Below are positions 52,191-64,000 of a stretch of DNA of 64,000 bases, piece after piece; the first letter of the stretch is position 1, and every line of letters begins with the position of its first letter. The notes under the pieces are model-generated. The model ran no database searches. It was not told the origin of the DNA and saw only the letters and a list, made by a program, of their open reading frames with translations. Both the position numbers and the translations under genes were made by a program. The DNA is from Phoronis australis (lineage: Eukaryota; Animalia; Phoronida), in the NCBI GenBank assembly GCA_002633005.1, contig NMRA01000275.1, forward strand, positions 506,893-570,892, read 5' to 3'.

Positions 52191-53875
52191 GTAAGTTTGT
52201 TTTTAAGAGTCATTGGTCTATTTCCTATTCGCTCTTTACTTTTTCACTATCTTAGGATGCATTTTGTTTGAGAGTTATGAAACACCATTGTCACCCGTCT
52301 TCAGACCTTCCGTGATTGCTTTGTCTGTCGCGATATTGTGACATAAAGTTCCTAAAACAATGTAGAATTTGCACATCTATCGCATTTTTATTTATTTACT
52401 GTTTTAACATACTTTAGTGCCACAGACTTCCATGTGTGCATACCATCCAAAGTAGGTCACTGGGGTCATCAGTTACAGATCTGCCTTTCTTGAGTTTCTG
52501 TCCAAAACTTGTGCCATTTCTGTGCTTGTTTGTTGAGTAATTGAATAAAGCCATACCGTGGTCTGATGCCATGTTGCTACAGCATAAATCCAAAACTTGA
52601 TCATTCCTTAATCCATCATTAAGCACAGAAAATGAGTAAGTAGAAAGTTGAGGACTACACCATAAGCACAGCGGAAAAAAATCACTGATACTTATTTTGC
52701 AACATCATGTCACTGAAATGGCTGATTGGTTTCCAACAAAACAGTGTTAAGAATTGTTTGGAAACTATTTCACGCCTCATAAGGTGCTATCAGAATTGTA
52801 CGAAAATGTCAAAAATGCCATAAACCAAAAATACTTGAAAAACTGTTATATTGTTTTTGAGGTGTCAACTAAAATTTGATCATCTCATTGGTACAGCCAT
52901 GAAATTGTCCTTTTTTTGTTTTGCCTACTTTTACTAAGAAGACGTAGATGGACACGTGATCCAATTGTGGCAGTAATTAGTTTGCACAATGTTCATACTT
53001 TGAGAAAGTATTATTTTTACTAGAGTTACTGGTATATTGAGTGCTGTTGAGGTAATATACCTTGTTAAATAATATATTTAATTTTTATGGCTGTCACACA
53101 ATAGCACCACTTGTTTTCTATGATTAGACTGTGATCAAAAAGGAATTTATAGGAGTTATGCTTCGGTTATTAATAATCTGCTTGACTGAAACTAACCACC
53201 CCTTAGCCCTGTGGCAAGCAAACTTACCTCAATTTTCAGTGCATTTGTGGATTTCGTGTAAACTCTGGTTGGCCTTTCTTCTGTTGTTTGTTTTATCTTC
53301 ATTGCTACGTCAAGTTTTAGCTTTGATTCACTGCGAGAGAAAATTCTACAATAATTTTTAATATGATTGAAAATGGACAGGGACTTGTTCGTGGAACATA
53401 AGTAACTTGGGACTTAGTCGTTTATATTTATTTTCATTGAAATGAGGGCTCATTTGTCAGGTATGTTATAGAAAATGTCACTAGTACAAGGTGAGCTCTC
53501 AGTAAAGATGAAGTGATGGAAATATATAAGATTACTGAGTAAACAAAGTGTACAAATGTGCTACAGTAAGGACTTAGGGAACGGAGTTGAGTCCCAACTG
53601 TTTGATGCAGTTGTTCACCGGTTTGAATCAATGATGAACTGTCAATGCTTCCCAAGCCTAAAATAGTTTCTAATTGGAGTAAGAAACATGAGAAGACCGA
53701 TTCGTAACAGCAAGTGACCTAAATCAAATGTTGGATTTTGACTGAAGTCGTGGGTTATTGCAGCTTTAATTAATATATTGTCAGACTGTGATAATGGATA
53801 TTCTGACCAAACAGCTGATTGACTGCTGGTTTGTTTTTGATATGAAAATTTTATTGGTTAATACTTTCGTCTCAG

Positions 53876-54025
53876 GTGAGTCAACTGGAAGGTGTGTACA
53901 GTGTGCAGGAGCCCCACTTTTGGACGCTGTGTACTGATGTGCATGTGGGTGCCATCAAGCTCGAAGTGTCCAAGGATGCGGACTGTACTTACATTCAGAG
54001 TCAGGCCCACAACATTTTTACACAG
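53876..54025 (+). CDS. SLC30A7: ZnT7 exon 10
   Basis: tctcag acceptor, gtgggt donor. VSQLEGVYSVQEPHFWTLCTDVHVGAIKLEV...HNIFTQ. Confidence 0.95.
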
Positions 54026-55845
54026 GTGGGTGGTGTTGTTGTGAAGTGGGCAGGTGCTAATATTTTGATTGACGCAAAACTGGAGTGTGGCTTCATGTGG
54101 GTTGACAGAAGCAAGACTATCAAACTTGGTGCTAGGTTTGGCATGGGCGTTGCAAGGTTTTGTGTGTTTGCGCTAAGTTTGACTTGTAGGTAGCTCGAGT
54201 GGAGGGGGCTCCAAGACTGAAGCAGCCGTTTTGAGGTAGGCAGAGCTGGGTATGAAGTGAGCGGAGCTAAAGGGAGTACCTTTTAAAATGATTGAAGCCA
54301 TCCTCTTGAACAGGTTGAAGCTATGTTTGTGCGTCTCAAAATATTTTTGTTTGGCTACTGGGTAAATACTTTTATTGAAATAATTCCTAAATTATTACTG
54401 AGTACGGCAATGATGGACATTCACATTGGATGTTGTCTGCTGTTTTTTTTTTGGTTGTCCTTTTAACAATATCTCAAACGTTTTTCACAAAAATTGTCTG
54501 TTTTTACTATATTTCATATATGTATAGCAAAATACCTAATCTTCATTCTTGAGGAACTTCAAATTGCAAAATATATACCTTGTAGAGAGAAAAAAAAGAT
54601 TTAGTACATCAACATGAAAATTTGTTTGCTACTTATCTGAGGTCAAAGGTTGCAGGGCTGTCACTCAAATGGAATCTCCCAGTGACAGTATAGAGCAGTT
54701 CTGTATGTACCCTCAGTTCTTTCATTCAAGGAGTCGCCATAATATTGAGTTAACGAGGAGTACATAGCATAGGAAGATGTCGCAGAAAATGAATATAAAA
54801 CATTTTTATCTTGAGGGAGTTTTGCACACGTCCATTGGGAATGAATGCACCAAGTCACTGAACCACTTCTGTGATTTAGTGTTCACTAACACAGCAAGTT
54901 GTTAATAAGATAACTCCTTCCTGAAATTCTTTAATTTGATTGGTAATTTGACATTTCGCCATTTTGATCTCGTGCTCATGGGGCACTGTAACCACCAACT
55001 CGATTTCTATTGTCCATTTTGTACTTAGTTTCTTGATATCATTTTCCTTGGCACATGGTGTTAAAACAATGAACTGTTGATCAACTTACTGCTGGCTCCA
55101 CCTTCTGACCTAGTTAACATGTCGAGTACATGAAACCCCACATACAAAATTAAAGTGTTGTAGTGATAACTTAGTTAATTACGCACTGCAAATTCAGTTG
55201 ATATTGTGAGTGAATGTTGAAATAGCGAACATAGTTAAGGCATGTATTGTTATATTGAACGAAAATGAGATTTCAACTAATAATTGGCCAAAGACCTTGA
55301 GGTTTTCCCGGTTTTGGCAAATCAACTTTAATTTGAACTTAGGAACACTAGTTCTTGAAAACGGCTCTGTGGTTTTTGCTGAATCTTTCCAAACTTATAT
55401 TTATTCATCAATCACAAAAATACTGATCGGATTTTTGATATAAAGGTCTAGTTTTTGCGTAATGTAACGAAGATGAATATGACTGTTATTGTTTACAAAA
55501 ATACCTGACGTTTTGCGAGTTACCGTAATTTGTCATAGAAACCAAACTATAAGACTAATTGAACATTACTAACAACATTTTTGAGGTAACTGGTGAAGTT
55601 TTCATTAAGAAAGGTTTAATTAAAATTGATTGAGGAATTATTTTGCTATATCAATGTACATTTCTTAAAATGAAATTTTGACTTTAAAAAGTTGTTAAAG
55701 TAATAAATAATAATGGCACATAAATATGAAATATATTTTTATAATCCCTGATCTTTTTTCTTTCAGAAAATATATGTAGTAAATATATAGACACTGATGG
55801 TGGTCAATAGTGAAATATATCATATATTAAACACACATAAATGAG

Positions 55846-55922
55846 GAACCCCAACTGGTAATTGAACCACAGGTCTCTAGATACCCAGTCTAGTGCTCTT
55901 ACCACTGAGCTACTGAAGAGCC
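55846..55922 (-). pseudogene. tRNA-derived sequence (pseudo-tRNA or SINE head)
   Basis: - strand reads GGCTCTTCAGTAGCTCAGTGGTAAGAGCACTAGACTGGGTATCTAGAGACCTGTGGTTCAATTACCAG: A box, CTAGA/TCTAG stem with a GGG loop, B-box-like GGTTCAA. Acceptor and T stems are imperfect. Confidence 0.6.
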
Positions 55923-56290
55923 GATATCTGTGCAATTAATGTTTGTAGCCAACTGTTACGTCATCCATCCCATGGGCTGCATTCTGCCTTTTCTCACAAG
56001 ATTTGGACAAAAATGTATAATTTTACTAGTTGACAAAGCCTGCTTTTTGATATACGAGTTAGAATAGAGGCCACTAAATAAGGTTGAGATAACCTTATAC
56101 CAAATGTGAAAATACTCTACTTTGCAGTGAGGTACACATTGATCTCCTTTCAGTTAGCAGTAGCGTTGCCCATATCCATCCAATTGAGCATTTGCCATTG
56201 CTCCGTAAACTCTCCATTACATGAAAAGATATTTCATCTGTTTTTAATGAACTAAAGTTTTCAGAATTTCAGTTCTGTTTTCATTTTCAG

Positions 56291-56338
56291 ATTGGCATTC
56301 GACAGCTGTACGTCCAGATCGACACTTCACCGATGTAA
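56291..56338 (+). CDS. SLC30A7: ZnT7 exon 11 (last coding exon)
   Basis: ttttcag acceptor. IGIRQLYVQIDTSPM* matches the ZnT7 C-terminus (GVRQLYVQID). Confidence 0.93.
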   Translation: MGIRQLYVQIDTSPM

Positions 56339-58459
56339 GATGGTGCTAATCCACACAGCAGTGCAATGATTTTCTATACTAATTCTAAGTAAATCATTCT
56401 CACTTCGTTCAGATGTGTTTACTAAAAATCGTGTAAACTGCTACTTAGGAGCCTGTCTGGCATTTGCTTAGCTTGCCACAAGTGGGGTGATATAGAGGTT
56501 ACATGAGAGGTAACCAAAACCAAAATGTGCTTTTTTGCGAGAATTCTAACTGGAGGTGGTTGAGTCGTAGAAAAAAATGAACCATCCCATTTTGAGTATT
56601 TTATCATGAGCTCAGCTCATTGTGAAAACTGTGTTAAATAGTCTGCCAGTTTTGTTATGTTGTGGGATGTGTTGCAGCTTCTATTTACAAATAGGCACCT
56701 CTGAAAATACACCTTTCTGCGGGGCGTGTCAGCCCTGGCTTGAAGTTATCTCCTCTGATACGTTGCCTTGACATGTATTATGTGAAAACAGCATTTTATG
56801 GTTTATGACTCCATCGTCATGTAATTGTTAACTGTCAATCTTCATTTTTCTTGAACCATTTCCTAGCTTAGTGCAATTAAACAATGTTTATCTTTATTTA
56901 TGATAACAAGTGTTCATTGAAACATGTTCACATGCTTTAGTGCCAAATTAGCAGCTATGATATGTCCAGCTAAACACTCTCGGAGGTTATCAATCTGTGT
57001 CCTTTCTTCAAGTTTTGAGGCATCTTATCTGGTTCACTATCAAATCAGATTTATTGGCAAATGAACAAAAATAGATAGCACCATTACTGCAGTTGAAACT
57101 AACGTGTTTTATAACAAAGCAATTATAAGTCAGTACCTCATTGTTATATCATTTCTTGAAAGTTTCTTTAATTATCAAGTATACTTATGAAGTACTTCCT
57201 TTCCTGGTGAATGAATTTTTCTTGTTAATGAGTTAGAACACTATTTCAGTATCTAATAGCGGTGATCTACTCTCCTTGATTTTTGAAATTAAAAGTTAAA
57301 CATGATGTATGGGTAGCAAGGCTTAAAATTTTAATTCTTTCTGGATGGTTTTATTTCTGGTGATCACTTATGTACCAAAATTGTTTTCAGTGAGATCTTT
57401 GACAATGGGAGGTGCAATTTAAATTTAGATTTTGTTGAAGTAAAGCAGCTTTGTCTTACCAATGTAGTTCGAAGTATTATCTTGAAAAGGGGAAAACAGC
57501 TCGAGTGGTAGCAGACTGAGTTGTACTATCTGGGTGAGAACTCCATGGACGGTGCGCATTCGAGGCATTTTGTGGTCAGATGTTGCTCGTTTTTGGCCAT
57601 CGGCCGAGCTGATTTCATTAAGATGTGAAAACAGGCTCGGACATTCTGAAGAATGAGTTTGGTGTAAGAGGACCTTATTAAGCTAAATTGAAGTTTTATT
57701 GTAAGATAGAATTACTAACTAATGAGAACTATACTTAGTAACTTGAGCTTCCTTTACAAAGTGGGATTAGCTGTCGGTATTTGTGAAACAATTCTGTAAT
57801 TATGGTGCTTTGAATGTTCCATTTCTGGCCAGCCATTTGTGAAGCATTTTCCAGAATGGACGATGTAGTTAAAAATGACAATGGGTGTTATGTGACTGAA
57901 TCTACTTCAGTATGAAGTCATTAATAAATTCTATCTGTAAAAACTGAATTTGTGTTGCATGTTGCTTTCTTCTCTACCATGTTGTCTACCTAATTGCTGA
58001 AGAATCTGCATTAAATCTGGTGGGACACAGACACATTATTTATGCCCATGTGCATGTTTTCTTCATTATGATAATGAGAATAACAGTAATGAGACAGAAT
58101 TAGGCAGCTGCTACATTGGACATTTGTAGAGCCTTTCAACATAAATTATTTAAGTAACTTTCTGCATTACAGTATCAATCTCGGGCTCATTTAACCTGGT
58201 ATTTTGGTATTCTAGACATCAAATTGAGCATAATTTTACCTACACCTTTGCTCTGCTTGTCTTCCATCAGTATTAACCAAAGGGACAGACTGACCCAAGC
58301 CAACTGACCCGCCGTTCGAATTTCATAAAGCAGAAATAAACCTGCCTTCCATCACAAAAACCAGGTTATAATTTAAGACCATGTAACGGAAATTGTATTT
58401 TAGCCAAATTGGAGATTTCAAGGCTTCACAAGAACTGACAGTTTTAATTTTCTGGAGAG

Positions 58460-58597
58460 CAGGCTCTACAAGTTGTCACAGTGTGACATGTAAACAGGCT
58501 CTACCAAGTTGTCATAGTGTGACATGTAAGCTGCCTCTACAAGTTGTCACAATGTGACATGTAAACAGGCTGCACAAGTTGTCACATTGTGACTTGT
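58460..58597. repeat. ~35-bp tandem repeat x4 with internal palindrome
   Basis: Unit CAGGCTCTACAAGTTGTCACAGTGTGACATGTAAA. Confidence 0.85.
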
Positions 58598-59271
58598 ATT
58601 TGCTGAGCATGGTATCCAGGAATTATAAGGTCAGTTAGTTCTTTGCAAACCCAGAAATCTCCTTGCATCTTTTCAATGTTGTAGACTGCAGGACCAGATA
58701 AAGTCAAGGTCGCGTAGGATTGAATGAAAGTTAGTTAATACTGGGAGATCATAACTGGCAACTTATTTTTTTGCATCCATCCCCAGTGCCATGGGCCCCC
58801 CTAAAAATTCTCCCAAATNCCCCCCCCCCCCAACTCAAAATCCTGAATCAGCCCCTGATCTCTAGCAACTAGAATTTAGCCTATTTGTAAAAGATGACAA
58901 TTTCTATTTTTTGGTTGACATGGCTTAGTGGTGTGCCCTTTGTTATTTTGTGAGTTGCATGTACACACACACAGGCAGATACACTACATGGCAAGGCCAG
59001 ACTGTAATATGTTGGTTGTAATGACCACTTGCCTTACAGTGACATAAAGACCAAGATTAATAAATTTATAATAAAATAATTCATTTAGCCCATAGTACAA
59101 ATGAAATACTACTTTGAGATGTTCCAGGAACCTAAAACCAAAGACAAAGTTGAATATAAATGCAGGATGACTACAAACATTTTACCAATCATCGTTCAAA
59201 GCCAAGAGTACAAGCAGTAGCAGAGAACATGCCAATGTGTATGGCCTTATTTCCAACTAAGTTGCCAGTTG

Positions 59272-59381
59272 GGTAACAGTCACTAACAAGGGTCCCACAC
59301 TTTGAGAACCAGTTTTCTCTACTGAATAACGGGCATCAAACTGGTTCTCAAAATCCAAGACCCTTGTAAGTGGCTATTGCC
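59272..59381. repeat. ~110-bp imperfect hairpin
   Basis: GGTAACAGTCACTAACAAGGGTC..TTTGAGAACCAGTTT pairs with AAACTGGTTCTCAAA..GACCCTTGTAAGTGGCTATTGCC. Confidence 0.75.
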
Positions 59382-61031
59382 ACCAGTTGTATAATAGCAG
59401 TGAAATACTAGTGCTAAATAGTGATTGACTATTCTACAAGCAAGTCAAAACACAGATCTCCAGCTAAAGTTGAAAATGCGAGATAGACAGCATTTAACAG
59501 ACAATGATAATTAAAAGGACATTTATATTTTTCAAGTATATCAAAAATAAAACAGGTCACTCACAAAATATATCTTAAACTTTCTCACACCATGATAGCT
59601 AATGATTTCCATCCCAAACAAATGGTTAATAGTATTCTTGGTACATAAAGTGTCTAAAATGAGTTGGCCAACCGTTCCAAAACTGGGCCACATCATATAA
59701 GTCACGGGTGATCTATTAAATCATTTAAATGTTAGGCACCATTGAATTGCTGCCGTGGCAACAAATTTTTTGCCACGTGGAAGCTAATCAGCCTATTTCA
59801 TGATCTTCATGTTTCGACCATGTGTAACTTGAACGAAATACCCCTTTAAGTGAGCATAAAATATGCAAACATAAAAATTTACCATAGAGTATATTCTCTG
59901 TCATTTGGAGGACCTATAACATTTAACTGCAAATAACACAGAAACTGGGTCAAAAGTACTAGTTTTAGTTTTGCATTAGCTTTTGTGAATATTGTAGTGA
60001 CAAAATTTAAGAAAATAAACATCAAACTGCACTTAAAACTTAACAGAGCAGCTAAAACCTAGAGAACCAATCAATAACTTCCACTTGACACAGAATGCAG
60101 AGTAATAGCTATGGATACAAACTAACCCTATTAAACATTTCACTTCCACTAAAGATTTCCGAGACATTCATAAGTGGCACAGAGGCTTTTATTTACGCAC
60201 ATATGTGTCAATGTCACCCTGCCAAAAATATAAACAAACCACACCGTAACATATGTCATGAGTTAGTAAATCATAGAGCCTAACAGCTTAGTAAATTCAT
60301 TTCTTACCATCTCACAGCAATGTGTTTATTTGCACCACAAGCCCAATCATCTCATGTAGTTAGGCAACAAACACACCTTGTGCATGGCCACAGTTCAAGA
60401 AACTTTTCAAGTGGTTGATGGCATAAATTCCTCATAGATGGCACCACAGGAGACTAGGTGCACCACTCATGTCTGTCCCAGACCACAAACAAATCATAAA
60501 CACAGAGATCAAGAAATAAATATATTGATGACAATATTCAACCTTTACTATAAATGAGACCACTTGTTTCTTGCATGTTGGGCAAATCATTGAGTATTTC
60601 AGATGACTTTATAGCAAGTCATAAATAAAAAGCTTCCGTCAGATCGGCCACCTCAGCGTTGCACAAATGGAACTTTTTTGACTCTTCAGACCTAGTAACA
60701 TTTTTCACAACTCATGAAACTAAAGATACACCTGCAGATACCACTGCCAAAGTTGCCTAAGCAGATAGCTTACAACATGAAGTCAATATACCTGTTACTA
60801 ATATCGTACATTTGACTTTAGCACCAGCAACATCATGAAAACTGTGAAAAGTGCGTGTAGTAATAATTCCACTGATCATCATTCAAGCCATGAATTTAAG
60901 ATTGATAAATCATGAATTCAGATCTAGTCATGCATTTTAACAAAAACCAACACGCACATTAGATACATTTGAACAACAGAAATAAGAATGATGGTAAGCA
61001 CCACTGTGTTTCAGATCTGAACAACAATTTG

Positions 61032-61161
61032 TTAAACGGACGACACTTTTCCCACAAGATTGCCATTTTGTATCTTGATTGTTTCATCCTGAGTCTGTGC
61101 TTTTCCAACTGGTTGTTTTTCAATGAATGTGATGTAGGTGTAAAATATGCTGCCAGCAGCA
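61032..61161 (-). CDS. SLC35D1: SLC35D1/2-type UDP-sugar transporter, last coding exon
   Basis: ttgcag acceptor. (S)AAGSIFYTYITFIEKQ...VSSV*; phase 2 matches the preceding exon. Probably a co-ortholog of vertebrate D1 and D2. Confidence 0.88.
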
Positions 61162-61584
61162 CTGCAATAACAACATATGTACAAATTAACAAAGAAAGAT
61201 AGCAACCAAAGCCGTCTCAATATGCTAACAGTGAAATACATAAACGGTAGTTTTGAAAAAAATTGATGCATTTTTTCTAATCAAACATTGCGCATGATTT
61301 TAGTTATTTTTCTTATTGATTCCTTCAGGATTTCCTCCATAACCAGATGAATTTCAGCAAAATTCATCAACTGTTTAAAACTTCTAGTTTCTGTCTATAG
61401 AACCTTTTGCATGACGACAGCAACGTGGTTGTCCCTTAGTGACAGTTCCACACCAGCTTCTTGAATTCAAAATACCGTACCTGTACAACAAGCTTATAAC
61501 TTTTATGTTACCAGCAACTAGTATGCTCAATTGCCTTTGTGTATCTTTCATTGACTTCATGGTGTGTTCAAGATGAATACGTAC

Positions 61585-61667
61585 CTCACATTTAAACCCA
61601 TAAAATTAGACCAGCTAAATATGTAGTCACCGCCTATCACCATACCCACATAGGTAACAATTAAATT
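61585..61667 (-). CDS. SLC35D1: SLC35D1/2-type transporter, penultimate coding exon (not in the ORF track)
   Basis: tttcag acceptor, gtacgt donor. [27 protein letters not shown](S). Confidence 0.93.
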
Positions 61668-62413
61668 CTGAAACAAAACTAGAAATGTTAGACATTCATT
61701 TCACCTCAGACCATGCTCTAATTTTTGATAAAATCTGAGTCCATTTGATTTTGTTGAAACTGGCCAGAACATATTCTTCAGTTCTTCATTTTTTCCCAGA
61801 AAATAAACGCTGAAATTATTTTTACATTATTCAATCACGGCTGAATACCTAGCAGCAAATACTGTAAACTTTGTCAAGTGTTGTTTTACAATATCTACAC
61901 AATGCAAAACAAGCTAAGGAGAGGCTAAAATTTTTGTAATTTTCATTTTTGTTGAGAAATTTGACAAAATCAATTTTCACAGTATGTGCTCAGCTGGTAA
62001 AGAGTAGCCATGCATGAAATGTGAAGTAAAGCCTTGGTTTTAATTTCAGAAATTTTACACTTATCACTGCAACTACTCAGAAGTCATAAAAATGAACTAT
62101 GAGAATATTACGACAGTTATGCAGACACAAGTTACTACCATAAGTCATTATTTCAGTAAACCAACATTAGCATGGTGTCCTTGATGGCATGTTGACCTTG
62201 ATGGCATAAAAATTTGTGATCTCACTGAATGTCTCGATTTTGAAAATTTGAAGATGGGTAGCAGTTAATTTTCAATTTTGAAATCCATGACAAAATTTCT
62301 TTTTGACTTAAATATAACAAGTGAGGAACCTACCAGAAAAATCGAAAGACTCGCATGATGATTTTAATTGTGACAAAATCACAGAATGAACTTTTTAAGC
62401 ATGTTTGTAAGCT

Positions 62414-62664
62414 TGTAGTCTCTAACCACTGTGTAGTCTCTAACTACTGTGTAGTCTCTAACTACTGTGTAGTCTCTAACAACTGTGTGGTCTTTAACTA
62501 CTGTGTAGTCTCTAACCATTGTGTAGTCTCTANACTGTGCAGTCTCTAACTACTGTGTAGTCTCTAACTACTGTGTAGTCTCTAACTACTGTGTAGTCTC
62601 TAACAACTGTGTAGTCTTTAACTACTGTGTAGTCTCTAACTACTGTGTAGTCTCTAACTTCTGT
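62414..62664. repeat. 18-bp minisatellite, ~14 copies
   Basis: Unit TGTAGTCTCTAACTACTG. Confidence 0.95.
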
Positions 62665-62921
62665 TACATAATGTAAAATTGTCCAGTTTAGGACAGTGAA
62701 AAATAATTATTTTGGTCAAGGTCAGCATCAAGTCTATTTTCAGATTCTGTTGATTAGAACCTAGTGTTCAATATTTTCAAAATATGACAAATACCAAAAT
62801 CGTCTTTGTCCCAATCTCCAGAACCAAGAAATTCCCTTTCAGCATCCCAAATTTAAGTGACTGTCACAAACTGGAGAATTTTCACTGTAACATCACAACT
62901 TCAAGTAGAAATTACACAAAC

Positions 62922-63068
62922 CTTTAAAACTCCAACAATGGTAGTAGTAAGAGCTGAGTTGTGTGATGTACAGAGGACAATGGAATACATCAAGACGAAG
63001 CCCATGACACATGATAGACCAAACTGGATGACAAAATAGGGATCTGACCAGCCACTGTAGTCTAAGGC
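62922..63068 (-). CDS. SLC35D1: SLC35D1/2-type transporter, internal exon; upstream exons lie beyond the window
   Basis: ttttcag acceptor, gtttgt donor. [49 protein letters not shown]. Confidence 0.93.
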
Positions 63069-63349
63069 CTGAAAAGTAAATGGATCGGTCATTATTTAAC
63101 ATGTTAGTAAATGGTAGCATTATCATAACTAATAAGAACATATAAACCGTACTCACAGCAAAAAATAAAGAAATCATTAAGAGCCTTTTGATAGCGATTC
63201 ATCAGCATGTCCACCAGGTGTCGTGGGACCAGGGCTGAAGGTTCTGCTCTTCAGAATTTGGTTATAATTTCTGGGAAATTGATACCTCCCACCGTCTCTA
63301 TTCAAGCTGGAAACGTGAATTGCATTACGAACAGACTCCTTCACTCCCA

Positions 63350-64000
63350 GTCCACTGATGGACTTCACTGGCTTTCTCTGGCGTCCACTGGCGTCCACTG
63401 GCCTCCACTGGCCTCCACTGGCCTCTGCTGGCCAACGCTGGCAATGGCTGGCCTCCGCTGTCGTCCGCTGGCCTCCGCTGGCCTCCGTTGGCTTCCATTG
63501 GACTCTGCTGGCCTCCGTTGGCCTCCGCTGGCCTGCGCTGGCCTCTGCTGGCCTCCGCTGGCCTCCGCTGGCCTCCGCTGTCCACTGATGGACTTCACTG
63601 GCTTTCACTGGCGTCCACTGGCGTCCACTGGCCACCACTGGCCTCCACTGGCCTCCGCTGGCCACCGCTACCCTCCTCTGGCCTGTGCTGGCCTCCACTG
63701 GCCTCCACTGGCCTCCACTGACCTGAACAGGCCTCCACTGGCCACCACTGGCCTCCCCTGACCACCACTGGCCTCCATTGGCCTCAACTGGCATCGACTG
63801 GCCCCCACTGGCCTCCGTTGGCCGCCGCTGGCATCCGCTGGCCTCCGCTGGCCTCCGCTGGCCTCCGCTGGCCAACGCTGGCCTCCGCTGGCCTCCGCTA
63901 GCCTCCGCTGGCCTCCGCTGGCCTCCGCTTGCCTCCACTGGCCTCCACTGGCCTCCACTGACCTGAACAGGCCTCCACTGGCCACCACTGGCCTCCCCTG
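63350..64000. repeat. GC-rich 10-bp satellite (GGCCTCCRCT)n running off the window
   Basis: Decamer array with variant blocks recurring ~230-240 bp apart. Confidence 0.95.

Noticed and set aside
61380-61480. Possible alternative last exon of SLC35D after a ttgtacag acceptor (- strand)
   Set aside because: Translation (RYGILNSRSWCG...) lacks the conserved last TM segment, which exon 61161-61032 supplies.
63177-63988. Multiple repetitive ORFs (EASGGQRRPA / LASAGLRWPP)
   Set aside because: Translations of a 10-bp satellite, open in several frames on both strands and intronic to SLC35D; no splice or homology support.

Overview
AT-rich animal genomic DNA, not prokaryotic. An invertebrate deuterostome such as a hemichordate is my inference from gene structure and repeat style. 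I reconstructed four spliced genes by hand from GT-AG sites with consistent intron phases. (1) XK-related (XKR scramblase family) gene, + strand, 5' end outside the window, 6 coding exons at 529-14344, ending in a long acidic tail. (2) Mitochondrial NAD kinase NADK2, - strand, 9 firm coding exons at 33162-22616 (440 aa from ATG 33158), plus a candidate first exon at 34111-34077 (453 aa in total). (3) Golgi zinc transporter SLC30A7/ZnT7, + strand, complete, 11 exons at 38487-56338, 421 aa, with an expanded His loop. (4) The last three exons of an SLC35D1/2-type nucleotide-sugar transporter, - strand, 63068-61032. NADK2 and ZnT7 are head-to-head. Between them, the sequence directly upstream of NADK2 is present twice as a diverged inverted copy flanking a 910-N gap. 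Introns hold a decayed LINE, several MITE/foldback hairpins, a TA-flanked DNA element, Helentron-like repeats, a tRNA-derived element and many tandem repeats. I cannot support a clearly new multi-gene system. The best leads are the inverted promoter duplication, a tandemly multiplied splice donor in NADK2, a caspase-type site in the XKR tail and the modular ZnT7 His loop.
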